64,000 nucleotides of DNA from an uncultured Candidatus Saccharibacteria bacterium (GCA_964413715.1 CAYPSN010000005.1:1572-65571), one strand, 5' to 3'; shown: positions 17,944 through 27,845, counted from the stretch's first letter. The notes: a model not told the origin generated them from the sequence alone. Program-made: numbers and translations.

Positions 17944-20412
17944 ATGAGGGTGGCACATGTATTAAAACAGCTTGAGCTTTCTGGCTTCAAATCTTTCGGA
18001 TCGCGTACGAAGATTGATTTTTCTGGTGGACTCGTGGCAATTGTCGGGCCGAATGGTTCTGGCAAAAGTAATGTGGTGGATGCGATTCGGTGGGCTTTAG
18101 GCGAGCAAAGCACTAAGCTGTTACGACTGAACAAGTCAGAAGAACTTATTTTTGCCGGTACCAAAAACAAAGCCAAAGCTAGTATGGCAGAAGCTGTACT
18201 CTTGCTCGATAATGCAACTGGTCGTCTGCCAATTGACGCAGCAGAGGTCCAATTGTCTCGACGCCTGTATCGCAGTGGTGATAGTGAGTATCTGCTAAAC
18301 GGCCAAGTCATTAAGCTCAAGCAACTGCAAGAGCTATTGGCGCAGGCGGGTTTTGGCCAAAACTCGTATGCAGTAGTTGGCCAAGGAATGGTGGATCGGC
18401 TTCTGCTCTCAAGTCCGATTGAACGCAAAACTTTGTTTGAAGAAGCGAGTGGCACACGGCATTTTGAACTGCAGCGTACGAACTATATGCGCAAGCTTGA
18501 CCAAACAAAAGACAACTTAACTCAACTTAAGCAGCTTATAGCCGAATTGTCCCCGCAGGTAGAGCGCGCAAAAAACCTTGCGAAACAGCAAAAAGAACAC
18601 AATCTACTCCTGGACAAACTTGACCAGGCCAAGCGCGACTATTTGCTGACGCAAATATTTGAGAATCGTCATAGCCTCGACAAAATTACCGCCCATGCCG
18701 TCAAAGAACAGTCTGAACTTAGCAGCACGCAATCTCGCCTTCAAGACCTTCAGAAAAAGCGCAAGGACATTCAGGCAGAATTTCGTGCCAATCAAGTAGG
18801 GCGCGAAAAACTGATGAGCACTCTTACAGACCTTACGACACGTCGAAGCAAGCTTGCAGAAAGCCTAGCGGTGCTGCGAGCCCAAGAAGAGGTACAGAAC
18901 AAACTCGTGGCGCAAGTAGTTGACCTCGACTCGTTACGACAGGCTATAAAGGCAACAGAAAGAAAGCTTCACTTGGTGCAAAAAAAGTCAGCCGAAACAG
19001 CTGAGAAGATCAGCAACTTTGATACAAAGATTGCCCATGTGCAAAAAGCGCTCGACGAGCTGAATCAGTCGCTTGCAAAAATACGCAAACAATTACAGCA
19101 TAGTAGCAAGAGTATATACCTCAATCATGCGCTGGGGCTTCTGAATCTGCTTGCCCACAAAGACAACATTGTGGCCATGAACAAAAAGGATCGTGACTTG
19201 GCCTTTCATAAGCTACGCCGCATGCTCAAGCTTGTGCTTGACGATAAGTCAGAAGAAGCAGCGCAGGAGGTTAGTCGACTGCAGGCGAAAATAACTCGAC
19301 AGATGGCTATACGCGAAGATTTAATTGAGGAGCGCAATACATTTATTATTCGTTTGCGTAGCTACGAGCTCGACACAGCGAGTTTGCAAGAGCAACTAGC
19401 GCAAGACGAACAGAGGTTGGAGTTGGATAGTGCAGCAAGTTCGCTTGATTCTAGTGAATCTGGCAACCAGAACCGTAAACAGCAGCTAAAGCAGGCCGCG
19501 AAAGAACTCGTGGCAATAGACAAACAAATCGCCTCGTTGCAACTAGAAATGACTAAGTCGGTCGGTGACCATCTGAATACCGAGAGCATCGATGCGAGTA
19601 TTGAGGAGTTGGCAGGACGCGTTGCTATGGGTAGTGAAAAGGCTCAGATACTTAAAGAGGAGCAAGATCGGGTGGCGGTAGTTCTGCGAGATCTGGAGCT
19701 AAGCTTCGAGACAACGTATGGCTCGCCAATACCGCAAAAACCACCTCGATCCGTTAGCGAAAAAGACGTCGTGATCATTGAAGCAAAGCTTGCCGCATTG
19801 TGTGCCAACAGCCAAGAAGATGCACGGCAACAGCTGGAGGAGCTCTCGAGCAGACTAGCCGAGCTCAAAACCCAAGAGCAAGATCTTGAAACTGCAATGA
19901 AAGACCTAAACTCATTAATTAGCACAACAGAGCAGGATATTCGCAAAAAATTCCACGATGGCTTTACGTCTATCAACCGTCAGTTCGGGCACTTTTTCCA
20001 AGAACTGTTCGGTGGTGGATCGGCCGAAATCGCACTCGTTGCGACTGAGAATGGCGAATATGGTATAGAGTTTAACGTTACTCCACCAGGTAAGCGACAG
20101 CAGCAACTGGCCATGCTGTCTGGCGGCGAGCGATCGCTGGGCGCAATAGCGCTTTTGGCGGCGATTATTGCGGTAAACCCAAGTCCTTTTATGGTCTTGG
20201 ACGAAGTAGATGCGGCGCTTGATGACGCCAACGCAGCGAAGTTTAGCAATCTTCTTGGTGAGCTAAAGAAAAAAACACAGCTTATTGTTGTGACTCATAA
20301 CCACACAACAATGCATGCGAGCGACCAACTAACGGGTATTACAACCGATAGTGATGGGGTGGCAATGGCTGTGTCTGGCAAGATGGTGGCGGAAGTCGCT
20401 CAGGAGGCTTGA
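17944..20412 (+). CDS. smc: SMC-like chromosome segregation ATPase, compact (822 aa) with no recognisable hinge
   Basis: N-terminal Walker A GPNGSGKSNVVDAIRWALGEQS; C-terminal signature LSGGERSLGAIALL, Walker B MVLDEVDAALD and D-loop; long coiled-coil middle. Confidence 0.8.
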   Translation: MRVAHVLKQLELSGFKSFGSRTKIDFSGGLVAIVGPNGSGKSNVVDAIRWALGEQSTKLLRLNKSEELIFAGTKNKAKASMAEAVLLLDNATGRLPIDAAEVQLSRRLYRSGDSEYLLNGQVIKLKQLQELLAQAGFGQNSYAVVGQGMVDRLLLSSPIERKTLFEEASGTRHFELQRTNYMRKLDQTKDNLTQLKQLIAELSPQVERAKNLAKQQKEHNLLLDKLDQAKRDYLLTQIFENRHSLDKITAHAVKEQSELSSTQSRLQDLQKKRKDIQAEFRANQVGREKLMSTLTDLTTRRSKLAESLAVLRAQEEVQNKLVAQVVDLDSLRQAIKATERKLHLVQKKSAETAEKISNFDTKIAHVQKALDELNQSLAKIRKQLQHSSKSIYLNHALGLLNLLAHKDNIVAMNKKDRDLAFHKLRRMLKLVLDDKSEEAAQEVSRLQAKITRQMAIREDLIEERNTFIIRLRSYELDTASLQEQLAQDEQRLELDSAASSLDSSESGNQNRKQQLKQAAKELVAIDKQIASLQLEMTKSVGDHLNTESIDASIEELAGRVAMGSEKAQILKEEQDRVAVVLRDLELSFETTYGSPIPQKPPRSVSEKDVVIIEAKLAALCANSQEDARQQLEELSSRLAELKTQEQDLETAMKDLNSLISTTEQDIRKKFHDGFTSINRQFGHFFQELFGGGSAEIALVATENGEYGIEFNVTPPGKRQQQLAMLSGGERSLGAIALLAAIIAVNPSPFMVLDEVDAALDDANAAKFSNLLGELKKKTQLIVVTHNHTTMHASDQLTGITTDSDGVAMAVSGKMVAEVAQEA

Positions 20413-20438
20413 CTTTTAACCTGTTTTACAGGTAGAAT
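20409..20438 (+). promoter_or_regulatory. Putative sigma-70-type promoter for rpsP
   Basis: TTGACT, 18-nt spacer, TAGAAT. Confidence 0.35.
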
Positions 20439-20507
20439 AATGTGTATTGATTTTGTAAGTTGCCGCCCAATTATAGAGGTGGCTAAGTAATTGAGATAAA
20501 GGAAACT

Positions 20508-21005
20508 ATGCTCGTAATCAGATTGGCCCGCGGGGGTCGAAAAAAATATCCAGTATATCGGATTGTAGCCGCTGACAAGCGACGTGCTGCTACAGGTAAG
20601 TTCGTGGCTGTTTTGGGTACATACAACCCTCACACCAAGGAGCTCAGCTTCAAGAAAGATGAGTTGAATCAGTACGTAGCAAACGGCGCTCAGCCATCTG
20701 ATGCGGTATTGCGACTCATGCGCAAAGACGGTCTGGAGCTTCCTAAGTGGGCTGCAATTGTGGACAAGCACCGCAAGCCCAAGAAAGAACAGGAAGAGAC
20801 AGAAGAAAAGGCTGAAACACCTGCCGAAGGTGAGGCTAGTGCTGAAGTAGCAGCTGAAGCTGCCGATGCCAAAGCCGAAGTAGCCGAGGAAACTCACAAT
20901 ATCGACAATGCTGAAGCCGCTGAAGCTAAGGACGACGCCGCTGTTACCGAAGCAGTTGCGGATGCCGCAGCCGAAGCCGCCAAGGCCGAAAAGCCTGCCG
21001 AATAA
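20508..21005 (+). CDS. rpsP: 30S ribosomal protein S16 with a roughly 80-aa Ala/Glu/Lys-rich C-terminal extension
   Basis: N-terminus MLVIRLARGGRKKYPVYRIVAAD is canonical S16. The tail is low-complexity (AEAA repeats). Confidence 0.9.
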   Translation: MLVIRLARGGRKKYPVYRIVAADKRRAATGKFVAVLGTYNPHTKELSFKKDELNQYVANGAQPSDAVLRLMRKDGLELPKWAAIVDKHRKPKKEQEETEEKAETPAEGEASAEVAAEAADAKAEVAEETHNIDNAEAAEAKDDAAVTEAVADAAAEAAKAEKPAE

Positions 21006-21025
21006 CATTTGAGCCAATCTTACCA

Positions 21026-21058
21026 GAAGCCTGCATGACAAAGCAGGCTTCTTTCGTT
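21026..21058 (+). terminator. Rho-independent terminator after rpsP
   Basis: 9-bp stem GAAGCCTGC / GCAGGCTTC followed by TTTCGTT. Confidence 0.6.
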
Positions 21059-21090
21059 ACAATTAGGCTGTAATCGTAGGAGTAGATGGT

Positions 21091-21480
21091 ATGTCAGATG
21101 CAGTAGATATGGACCAGGCTTTTGTAGAGTACGTTGTTAAATCGATTGTAGATAATCCCGACAAGGTTGTTGTGACTCGCTCGGTCGACGATCGTGGAGT
21201 CTTGCTTGAACTCAGTGTAGACCCGGAGGATATGGGTAAAATTATTGGCAAAGCGGGCGCAACTGCCAAGGCGATTCGTACGCTTTTACGTGTATTGGGT
21301 GCCAAAAGTGATGCCCGTTTTAACTTGAAAATCGTTGAGCCCGATGGACATGTGCCTGCAGGTACTGACCACGACGAAACTGATGTCGAAGAATCAGCTG
21401 ACGATACTGAAGACCGCGCGTCGGCAATTAAAGCCAAGGCGCGCGAAGGCCTCGAAGATCTTGATGACTTAGACATTTAG
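21091..21480 (+). CDS. khpA: KH-domain RNA-binding protein KhpA (UPF0109) with an acidic C-terminal tail
   Basis: KH motif IGKAGATAKAIRTLL and the conserved position after rpsP. Confidence 0.8.
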   Translation: MSDAVDMDQAFVEYVVKSIVDNPDKVVVTRSVDDRGVLLELSVDPEDMGKIIGKAGATAKAIRTLLRVLGAKSDARFNLKIVEPDGHVPAGTDHDETDVEESADDTEDRASAIKAKAREGLEDLDDLDI

Positions 21481-21614
21481 TCTCCTCATTTGTAATCCTG
21501 AGCTTGTCAAAGGATCTTGCATGGAATCTTGCAAACACTTCGCACTTAGTTGGGCGGAGTGTTTGACTTTGCGCCAAGATTAAACCACAATAAGCATAAG
21601 GATTAATCAAGGAA

Positions 21615-22676
21615 ATGAATATGGGGCCAATGGGTGATTTTGTGCCGGCGGGCGAGCCAGCCGGAGATGATGATAGGCAGGATGGCGGGTTTCCAAGTAT
21701 AACTCGTGCCGAACAAGCCAAGCGAACACAAGAAGAGTTACATGAGATTGCTCAAAGGGGTGGATGGCAACCACCGAAGACAGAAGATCTGCCAAAGGCT
21801 GATGGCACTACCGGTTTGCCAGAAAATACATCCTTGGCTAGCGAGAAAAGTCTTACGCCTGGCCAAAGAAGCCGTATCGAAGACTTGTCAAAACCAAGTT
21901 TGAGAATTCAGGCGGGAGAGTCTATGAAGGCGGATACTGCAGAGAGTCCCGATGAAACCAGAATAACTTCCTACGCCGCCCGTAGTGCACGAGAGGCCTT
22001 TGTTGATGAGAATGGCCGTCATTATGATGCCGACCCAGTCTACACAGAGCGCGCAGGGTTCAGTGATGTCTCCAACCCTGTCTTAAAAGAGCTTCAAGCT
22101 CTCAACTACGAAGATCTACCAGTTGATATCGATGCGGACAAATTAGAGGTTCAGGTTGCGGAAGCAGGTCGGAACGAAAAAACCTATAAAAGGTGGCTAG
22201 CAGAAACCATTGAGCAGCACCGTTACTCCGCACACAGGCTATATCAGCGCGATCCGGAACGGTATTCGGCAATGTCGCAGAAGGAATTCATTGATGTTTT
22301 GTCTGAATACACGCAGGCCGAAGAAGAACTGTCGATATTAGAAGAAGTGCGTATTAGTGATGAATCAGCTCAAGTTCGTCAGATAGAGCGCATTATGTCT
22401 GAATATGGGGCGGACGCTGGAGTTATGGAAGTGCTTGAAGCACTTTCGCAGCAGGCTGACATTCCCGACATGCCGCAACACCAGACATTCGAGAACTTCA
22501 TTGCAAAGGTTTTAGAGAATAAAAAGCAGGCAATTGAGCTGGCTAAGGCTAAGGCACGACAGATGAGGGCTGATATGGCACGCAAATATGGAGGGGATGC
22601 GCCAGCTGAAACAAATGCAGTGGAGTCACCTGACGAAGCAGATGATCCTCATTACGACGGTAGGGGATACAACTAG
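21615..22676 (+). CDS. Hypothetical acidic, largely disordered protein (353 aa)
   Basis: Long ORF with coding-like composition. Sits where rimM is normally found, between khpA and trmD, but has no RimM/PRC-barrel features. Confidence 0.5.
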   Translation: MNMGPMGDFVPAGEPAGDDDRQDGGFPSITRAEQAKRTQEELHEIAQRGGWQPPKTEDLPKADGTTGLPENTSLASEKSLTPGQRSRIEDLSKPSLRIQAGESMKADTAESPDETRITSYAARSAREAFVDENGRHYDADPVYTERAGFSDVSNPVLKELQALNYEDLPVDIDADKLEVQVAEAGRNEKTYKRWLAETIEQHRYSAHRLYQRDPERYSAMSQKEFIDVLSEYTQAEEELSILEEVRISDESAQVRQIERIMSEYGADAGVMEVLEALSQQADIPDMPQHQTFENFIAKVLENKKQAIELAKAKARQMRADMARKYGGDAPAETNAVESPDEADDPHYDGRGYN

Positions 22677-22713
22677 CCTGACGCGATAGCTTCATCCTGA
22701 TATAATATCAGGT

Positions 22714-23388
22714 ATGAAAATTAGTATTATTACTTTGTTCCCGGAGATGTTTGAGGGGCCGTTTGCTCATTCTATGCTTTGGAAGGCGCAAAAAGAAGGT
22801 TTGCTTGAGCTGAAGATCGTGAACCTGCGCGAATATGGCGAAGGCCCACGCAAGACCGTAGACGACACTCCATATGGTGGCGGCGCTGGTATGGTGCTTA
22901 AGTGCGAGCCAGTATTTGCCGCTGTCGAAGAAATCAAGCAAAAGTCGCCTAACGCAAAAGTACTCATGATGACGCCACGCGGTAAGCGCTACAGTCAGGT
23001 GGATGCCAAGCGGCTCAGCAAGTACAATGACATAATTATTCTCTGCGGTCACTACGAAGGTTTTGATGAGCGTATATTGAGCATTGTGGACGAAGAAATC
23101 TCGATGGGAGACTTTGTGCTGACTGGTGGTGAGATTCCTGCCATGGCGTTGGTTGATAGTGTGGTGCGGCTTATTCCTGGCGTGTTGGGTCACGGTGACT
23201 CTGCTCACGATGAATCCTTTAGCGCAGGTTTACTAGAATACCCACAGTACACTCGGCCAGAGGAATTTCGAGGTATGAAGGTGCCAGATGTACTCAAAGG
23301 CGGTAATCATGCAGAAATTGCTAAGTGGCGCAAAGCTCAAGCAGTAGAAAAGACCAAGCAAGCACGACCCGATCTATTGGATTTTTAG
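22714..23388 (+). CDS. trmD: tRNA (guanine37-N1)-methyltransferase
   Basis: SPOUT/TrmD motifs (ISIITLFPEMF ... YGGGAGMVLK ... ILCGHYEGFDER ... SIGDFVLTGGE). Confidence 0.93.
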   Translation: MKISIITLFPEMFEGPFAHSMLWKAQKEGLLELKIVNLREYGEGPRKTVDDTPYGGGAGMVLKCEPVFAAVEEIKQKSPNAKVLMMTPRGKRYSQVDAKRLSKYNDIIILCGHYEGFDERILSIVDEEISMGDFVLTGGEIPAMALVDSVVRLIPGVLGHGDSAHDESFSAGLLEYPQYTRPEEFRGMKVPDVLKGGNHAEIAKWRKAQAVEKTKQARPDLLDF

Positions 23389-23445
23389 GCATTTGACCCG
23401 TATTACGCTTATGCCTATACTAAGTGTATTAAAGAGTGAACAAAT

Positions 23446-24498
23446 ATGCCGCCAAAGAATCCAGAATCATCAAGTGGCAGTAAGCCCCCCGAACAGGCTA
23501 TGACTCCTACAGCAGCCTCTCTTCAGGCTGACTTAGTCGCTATGGTTGAAGCTCAGAAGGCAACCAGTTCTCCTGTAGGTGGGGCAGCCGAGACATCGGC
23601 CACTCCAGTAATGGGCCGCGCCGAAGCCAAAGGTGCTGCCATTGGTAGAAAGATCGATAATCTTGCCGAACGAGGGAGTGATGCAGTTGCGGCTGGTAAA
23701 GAAAAGCTAGGTAACGCAGCAGATACTGTAGCTGAAAAAGCCTATGATGCTGCTGGTGCGATTGATCGCGGCGTTAAGAGTGTGAAAGAGCGAGCTAAGG
23801 GTGTTCGTGAGCGAGTAGAAAAAGGTGCCGACTTAGCAACCGAAAAGCGCAAAGAGGCTGTGGCAGCAGCAAAAGAAAAATCGCAAAAGGCTATGTTGGT
23901 AGCCATAGGGGTATCTATTGCTGGGGCTGAGGCTATCGCTAATATTCCCGAGAATGCCAAAAAACGTGGTAAAAAGATTGGTGAAACACTTAACCGTTGG
24001 GCCTCGAAGGCAATGGAAGCAATTTCTGGTCGCGCCCAGAAGACAAAAGAAAGTATTGCAGGCGGTATTAGCGCTGCTGCAGAGAAAATTGGCGATGTCA
24101 TAGAGGCTGGCGTAGATAAGGTGGACACAAAGTTGAGTAATTGGGAAGCTCGTTTGCAGCAAGCTCGTCAAGAAGCCGAAGCAGCCGCCGAGCAGGCTCG
24201 CCTTGAGTCGCTAAGAAAAAGCTACATTGAAGCACGCGTTGAAAACACCACCAAAGAAGCCAATGCAGAATATGACGAAGCTATCAGTAGGGCAGAAAAG
24301 ACCCGCCAGGAAAAAATTGCGAAAGCCGAGACAGGTGCGGCACAAGAAGTCCAGGGGCTCACAGCTGAGCAGCTTGAAGATGCAATTAAGCAGCTTCTTG
24401 CCGCTCCAGAGCCACAACCTGTTGAAAAGCCTGCTGAATCAGCACCTGGGACTTCGGAAGTAGAGACCGCCCCTGATGTAATGCCGGCAGCGGCCTAA
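23446..24498 (+). CDS. Hypothetical Ala/Lys/Glu-rich protein predicted to be amphipathic helical (apolipoprotein/LEA-like), 350 aa
   Basis: Repetitive 11-mer-like helical composition and one hydrophobic segment (AMLVAIGVSIAGAEAIA). Found where rplS is expected. Confidence 0.45.
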   Translation: MPPKNPESSSGSKPPEQAMTPTAASLQADLVAMVEAQKATSSPVGGAAETSATPVMGRAEAKGAAIGRKIDNLAERGSDAVAAGKEKLGNAADTVAEKAYDAAGAIDRGVKSVKERAKGVRERVEKGADLATEKRKEAVAAAKEKSQKAMLVAIGVSIAGAEAIANIPENAKKRGKKIGETLNRWASKAMEAISGRAQKTKESIAGGISAAAEKIGDVIEAGVDKVDTKLSNWEARLQQARQEAEAAAEQARLESLRKSYIEARVENTTKEANAEYDEAISRAEKTRQEKIAKAETGAAQEVQGLTAEQLEDAIKQLLAAPEPQPVEKPAESAPGTSEVETAPDVMPAAA

Positions 24499-24507
24499 GG
24501 AGAAACT

Positions 24508-24891
24508 ATGCAAGAGAAAATCGAAGAAATGATTTTAAAAGAGATTGGCGCTGAAGGAATGACTGAAGAAGCCAAGCAGCAAATGTTGGATGATATTGCG
24601 GAAAGTGTCCAGAATTATTTCATTGCTTTTAGTTATCAAAAACTAAGTGAGGCTGACAAGCAAGAGCTTGAGAAGCTGATCGATGCTGGTGATGAAGCAG
24701 CGCAAGATGCTTTTTTGGCAGAAAAAATTCCTAACCGATCTGAGGTAATCCAGAAAGCCGTAGACCAAACAGTCGCCGACATACGTGAATCACAGGCGGA
24801 GTTAGACGCAGAATTGGCCGATATGCAGCCAGCAAATCCGACGCCTGCTTTTCAGCCTCCAGCAACCCAGCCTCCAACTACTGCATTATAA
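24508..24891 (+). CDS. Hypothetical acidic protein (127 aa) with a Pro/Thr/Gln-rich C-terminus
   Basis: ORF with an AAGGAG ribosome-binding site upstream. No homolog recognised. Confidence 0.4.
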   Translation: MQEKIEEMILKEIGAEGMTEEAKQQMLDDIAESVQNYFIAFSYQKLSEADKQELEKLIDAGDEAAQDAFLAEKIPNRSEVIQKAVDQTVADIRESQAELDAELADMQPANPTPAFQPPATQPPTTAL

Positions 24892-24934
24892 TGAATCTTG
24901 TAGACTACTAGGTTATTTGCTAGTATAGGTATCT

Positions 24935-25879
24935 ATGGCAAGTGTTATCTCGGTTAAGAATGTAAAAAAGAAGTTCGGCAATGTCAAAGCGCTCGATGGC
25001 GTTAGTATTGAGGTAGAAAAAGGCAAAATCTACGGACTACTTGGCCCTAATGGCGCGGGTAAAACGACGCTGGTGCGTGCACTCGCCACTTTGATTGATA
25101 CCGACAGCGGTAAGGTCACAATTAACGGCCTCGATTTGGCCACGCAGCAAGATGAAATTCGTACCAAAATCGGCCTCGCAGGGCAATTTGCCGCGGTTGA
25201 TGATTTTCTGACAGGTCGCGAAACTCTTATGATGGTAGCTCGCTTGTATCATGTGCCACGCAAGGAAGCTAAGAAGCGCGCCGATGAACTGCTTGAAAGG
25301 CTCAGCCTTACCGATGCTGCTGACAGGCCAGCTAAGACGTACTCTGGTGGTATGCGTAGACGACTTGACCTGGGTGCGAGCCTGGTTGGAAAGCCAGAAA
25401 TCATCTTTATGGACGAACCAACTACTGGTCTTGATCCACGCACCCGCCAAGAGCTGTGGGAGATTATCCGCGAGCTCGTCGACGAGGGTAGAACACTACT
25501 ACTGACCACTCAGTACTTAGAAGAGGCCGATGCACTGTGTGACTACATTAGTATTATTGATAAAGGCAAAGTTGTGCAGCATGGTACTGCCAATCAGCTC
25601 AAGGCCAGCCTTGGGCGTGATGTGGTGGAAATTCATGTAGCTCCTGCCGACCAAGAAAAAGCCTTGGAGCTCATGAAACAAGTAACCCGCACGACACCAA
25701 AGCAAGATGAAATGACGCGTGCTATTAGCGTGCGGGCCAGCAAGGGGACCGACACATTGCTCAAAGTCGTCGCTGCTTTTGGCGAAGCCAAGATTAAGCT
25801 GCGTGACGTTTCGGTGCACCGACCAAGTCTGGACGACGTGTTCTTGGCAGTTACTGGCAAGAAGGGTGGTAAAAAATGA
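24935..25879 (+). CDS. ABC transporter ATP-binding protein, ABC-2/DrrA-like exporter
   Basis: Walker A GPNGAGKTT, signature YSGGMRRRL, Walker B IIFMDEPTTGLD. Confidence 0.9.
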   Translation: MASVISVKNVKKKFGNVKALDGVSIEVEKGKIYGLLGPNGAGKTTLVRALATLIDTDSGKVTINGLDLATQQDEIRTKIGLAGQFAAVDDFLTGRETLMMVARLYHVPRKEAKKRADELLERLSLTDAADRPAKTYSGGMRRRLDLGASLVGKPEIIFMDEPTTGLDPRTRQELWEIIRELVDEGRTLLLTTQYLEEADALCDYISIIDKGKVVQHGTANQLKASLGRDVVEIHVAPADQEKALELMKQVTRTTPKQDEMTRAISVRASKGTDTLLKVVAAFGEAKIKLRDVSVHRPSLDDVFLAVTGKKGGKK

Positions 25880-26643
25880 GCCAACTTCTTTACGCCCTTA
25901 GCGATGTTTGGGTGCTCATTAAGCGCAATGTCACTCGCTTTAAACGCACTCCGCAGGTAGTAATTTTCTCGTCCATTCAGCCGATTATGTTTTTAACACT
26001 GTTTAACTATGTGTTTGGTGGGGCTATCGGTGGCGCTACGTCTGGGCCGTACATCAACTTCTTGCTTCCTGGTATTATTGCCCAGTCGGCACTATTCGGT
26101 ACTTTGCAAACGCCAATTGCGTTGATCGAAGATCTTGATCGTGGATCGATCGACCGTTTTAGAAGCTTACCTATTATTCGCGCTGCCGTACTTGCTGCTC
26201 GCACGACTAGTGATAACTTGCGTACAATCTTTGTGCTTTTACTTCTGTTTGGGGTTGGGGTGTTGATGGGCTTTGATGCTTCGGCTCCCGCATTACACGT
26301 AGCTGCTGCACTCGCATTGATGGCTTTCTTTAGCTACGCATTCTCATGGCTCATGGCGGCAATGGGGCTTTTCATTCGCAATGGTGAAGCCATGCAGACC
26401 GCCGGCTTTCTACTCGTGTTCCCATTAACGTTTGCCAGCTCGGTATTTGTGCCAGTACAAAGCATGCCAGAATGGCTGCAGGTATTTTCGCGTAACCAAC
26501 CCGTTACGCAAATTGTGAATGCGACTCGTGCGCTGATGTTTGGTGGCGATTTAACTTCGGTATGGATTACGCTTGCATGGGCAGCGGGAATATTGGCTGT
26601 GGGTGTGCCACTTGCGGTCTGGAAGTATCGCCGCACTGTCTAA
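25876..26643 (+). CDS. ABC-2 type transporter permease
   Basis: Six predicted TM helices, start overlapping the ATPase stop, ABC-2 family topology. Confidence 0.8.
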   Translation: MSQLLYALSDVWVLIKRNVTRFKRTPQVVIFSSIQPIMFLTLFNYVFGGAIGGATSGPYINFLLPGIIAQSALFGTLQTPIALIEDLDRGSIDRFRSLPIIRAAVLAARTTSDNLRTIFVLLLLFGVGVLMGFDASAPALHVAAALALMAFFSYAFSWLMAAMGLFIRNGEAMQTAGFLLVFPLTFASSVFVPVQSMPEWLQVFSRNQPVTQIVNATRALMFGGDLTSVWITLAWAAGILAVGVPLAVWKYRRTV

Positions 26644-26761
26644 CTCTGGAAATTTTACGCTCTTTGCGCTAGAATAGCGTAGTTATTTATTGGAGTGTGG
26701 CCCCTTGGCAACTGTAGGGCGCAAGCGTCCGGCCACTTAAAAATAAGTACGACAATAGTGA

Positions 26762-26836
26762 TGGGGCGTGGCCAAGTGGTAAGGCGCTTGATTCTGGCTC
26801 AAGAGACCGTAGGTTCGAATCCTACCGCCCCAGCCA
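26762..26836 (+). tRNA. tRNA-Gln (anticodon CTG)
   Basis: Manual fold: U1:A72, anticodon loop UUCUGGC, T-loop TTCGAAT, discriminator G, 3' CCA encoded. Confidence 0.85.
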
Positions 26837-26855
26837 TTTATGATTAGAACAGATT

Positions 26856-26888
26856 ATGCTCCGGAACGTGTGTCCCGGAGCATTTTGG
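26856..26888 (+). terminator. Terminator hairpin after tRNA-Gln
   Basis: 9-bp perfect stem ATGCTCCGG / CCGGAGCAT followed by TTTTGG. Confidence 0.6.
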
Positions 26889-27233
26889 TTGAGAGCTGGA
26901 TCGTTGATGCCCAACTCTTTGAAGGTGTACTTGAGAATGAGGATGTTCCGAGGATTAGGTAAGTGGCTTTGCGATAGCTTCTCCCGACTGAACGCCACAT
27001 GCGCGGTTACGATCCGCTCCATGTTGTCCCGGCTCTGGAGTCTGCCCTGCGGACGTTGCTTGGTGGGCTTTTTAGGAGGCATTGCCCGTAAGGACGTGCA
27101 CACTTTTGGGTAATGCATAACCTCTATTTAGTCACCATTTCCGTCGGAACACCTTAAGTTGATTGTATGGCTATGGGTTGAGCAAGTCAACTTATCGCGT
27201 TCCTAGGTCGCGACGCTCAGTCAGGTAATTATC

Positions 27234-27845
27234 TTGTGGGCTCAAAGCTCTAATGCTAAAGTAGTCACTATGAAACAACGTACCGCGAAACTCTGGTGGC
27301 TCCTCTTTGCCGCATCATCTGTCGGTTTAATATCTTCACTCGTGCAGACCATAGAGCTGATTAGTTATCGGTCACAGCCTGCTGCTAAACTTATTTGTGA
27401 TGTGAATGCTGTATTTAGCTGCAGCAGCGTGTTTGATGCTTGGCAATCTAGAGTGTTTGGCTTTTCCAACTCTCTCGTTTGCTTAACATTCTTTGGCCTG
27501 GGTGCGGGTATTGCACTTGCGGCTGCCACTGGTGCGGAACTAAATAAAAAACTTCGACTTGTCTTTCACTTCTTGTCCGTCTTTTTCTTAGGCTTTGGTG
27601 CTTGGTACTTATGGCAAAGTACCTACAAAATCGGCGCCATCTGCATGTTCTGCCTATTCTGCTATGCTGCCGTCATAGCTATGAACTGGACATGGTTCCG
27701 CTTGAATTACGAACAGCTTTCAGCGAGCAAAAAAGTGCAGCAGTGGCTCAGTGGAGTTGTGCGGAGTAACGCTGATGTATTGATTGCTGTGCTGTGGGCA
27801 TGTACGATCGCCATTATGATTACCTCTCATTTTTACCTAGGGTAG
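27234..27845 (+). CDS. Vitamin K epoxide reductase (VKOR) family protein, a DsbB-analogous thiol oxidoreductase
   Basis: Loop Cys pair (CDVNAVFSC) and an in-membrane CXXC (CMFC) within four or five TM helices. Confidence 0.7.
   Translation: MWAQSSNAKVVTMKQRTAKLWWLLFAASSVGLISSLVQTIELISYRSQPAAKLICDVNAVFSCSSVFDAWQSRVFGFSNSLVCLTFFGLGAGIALAAATGAELNKKLRLVFHFLSVFFLGFGAWYLWQSTYKIGAICMFCLFCYAAVIAMNWTWFRLNYEQLSASKKVQQWLSGVVRSNADVLIAVLWACTIAIMITSHFYLG

Noticed and set aside
26822-27118. 98-aa minus-strand ORF overlapping the 3' end of tRNA-Gln, considered as a possible integrase fragment
   Set aside because: It overlaps the tRNA and has no recognisable recombinase motifs. Kept only as a speculative remnant in the findings.
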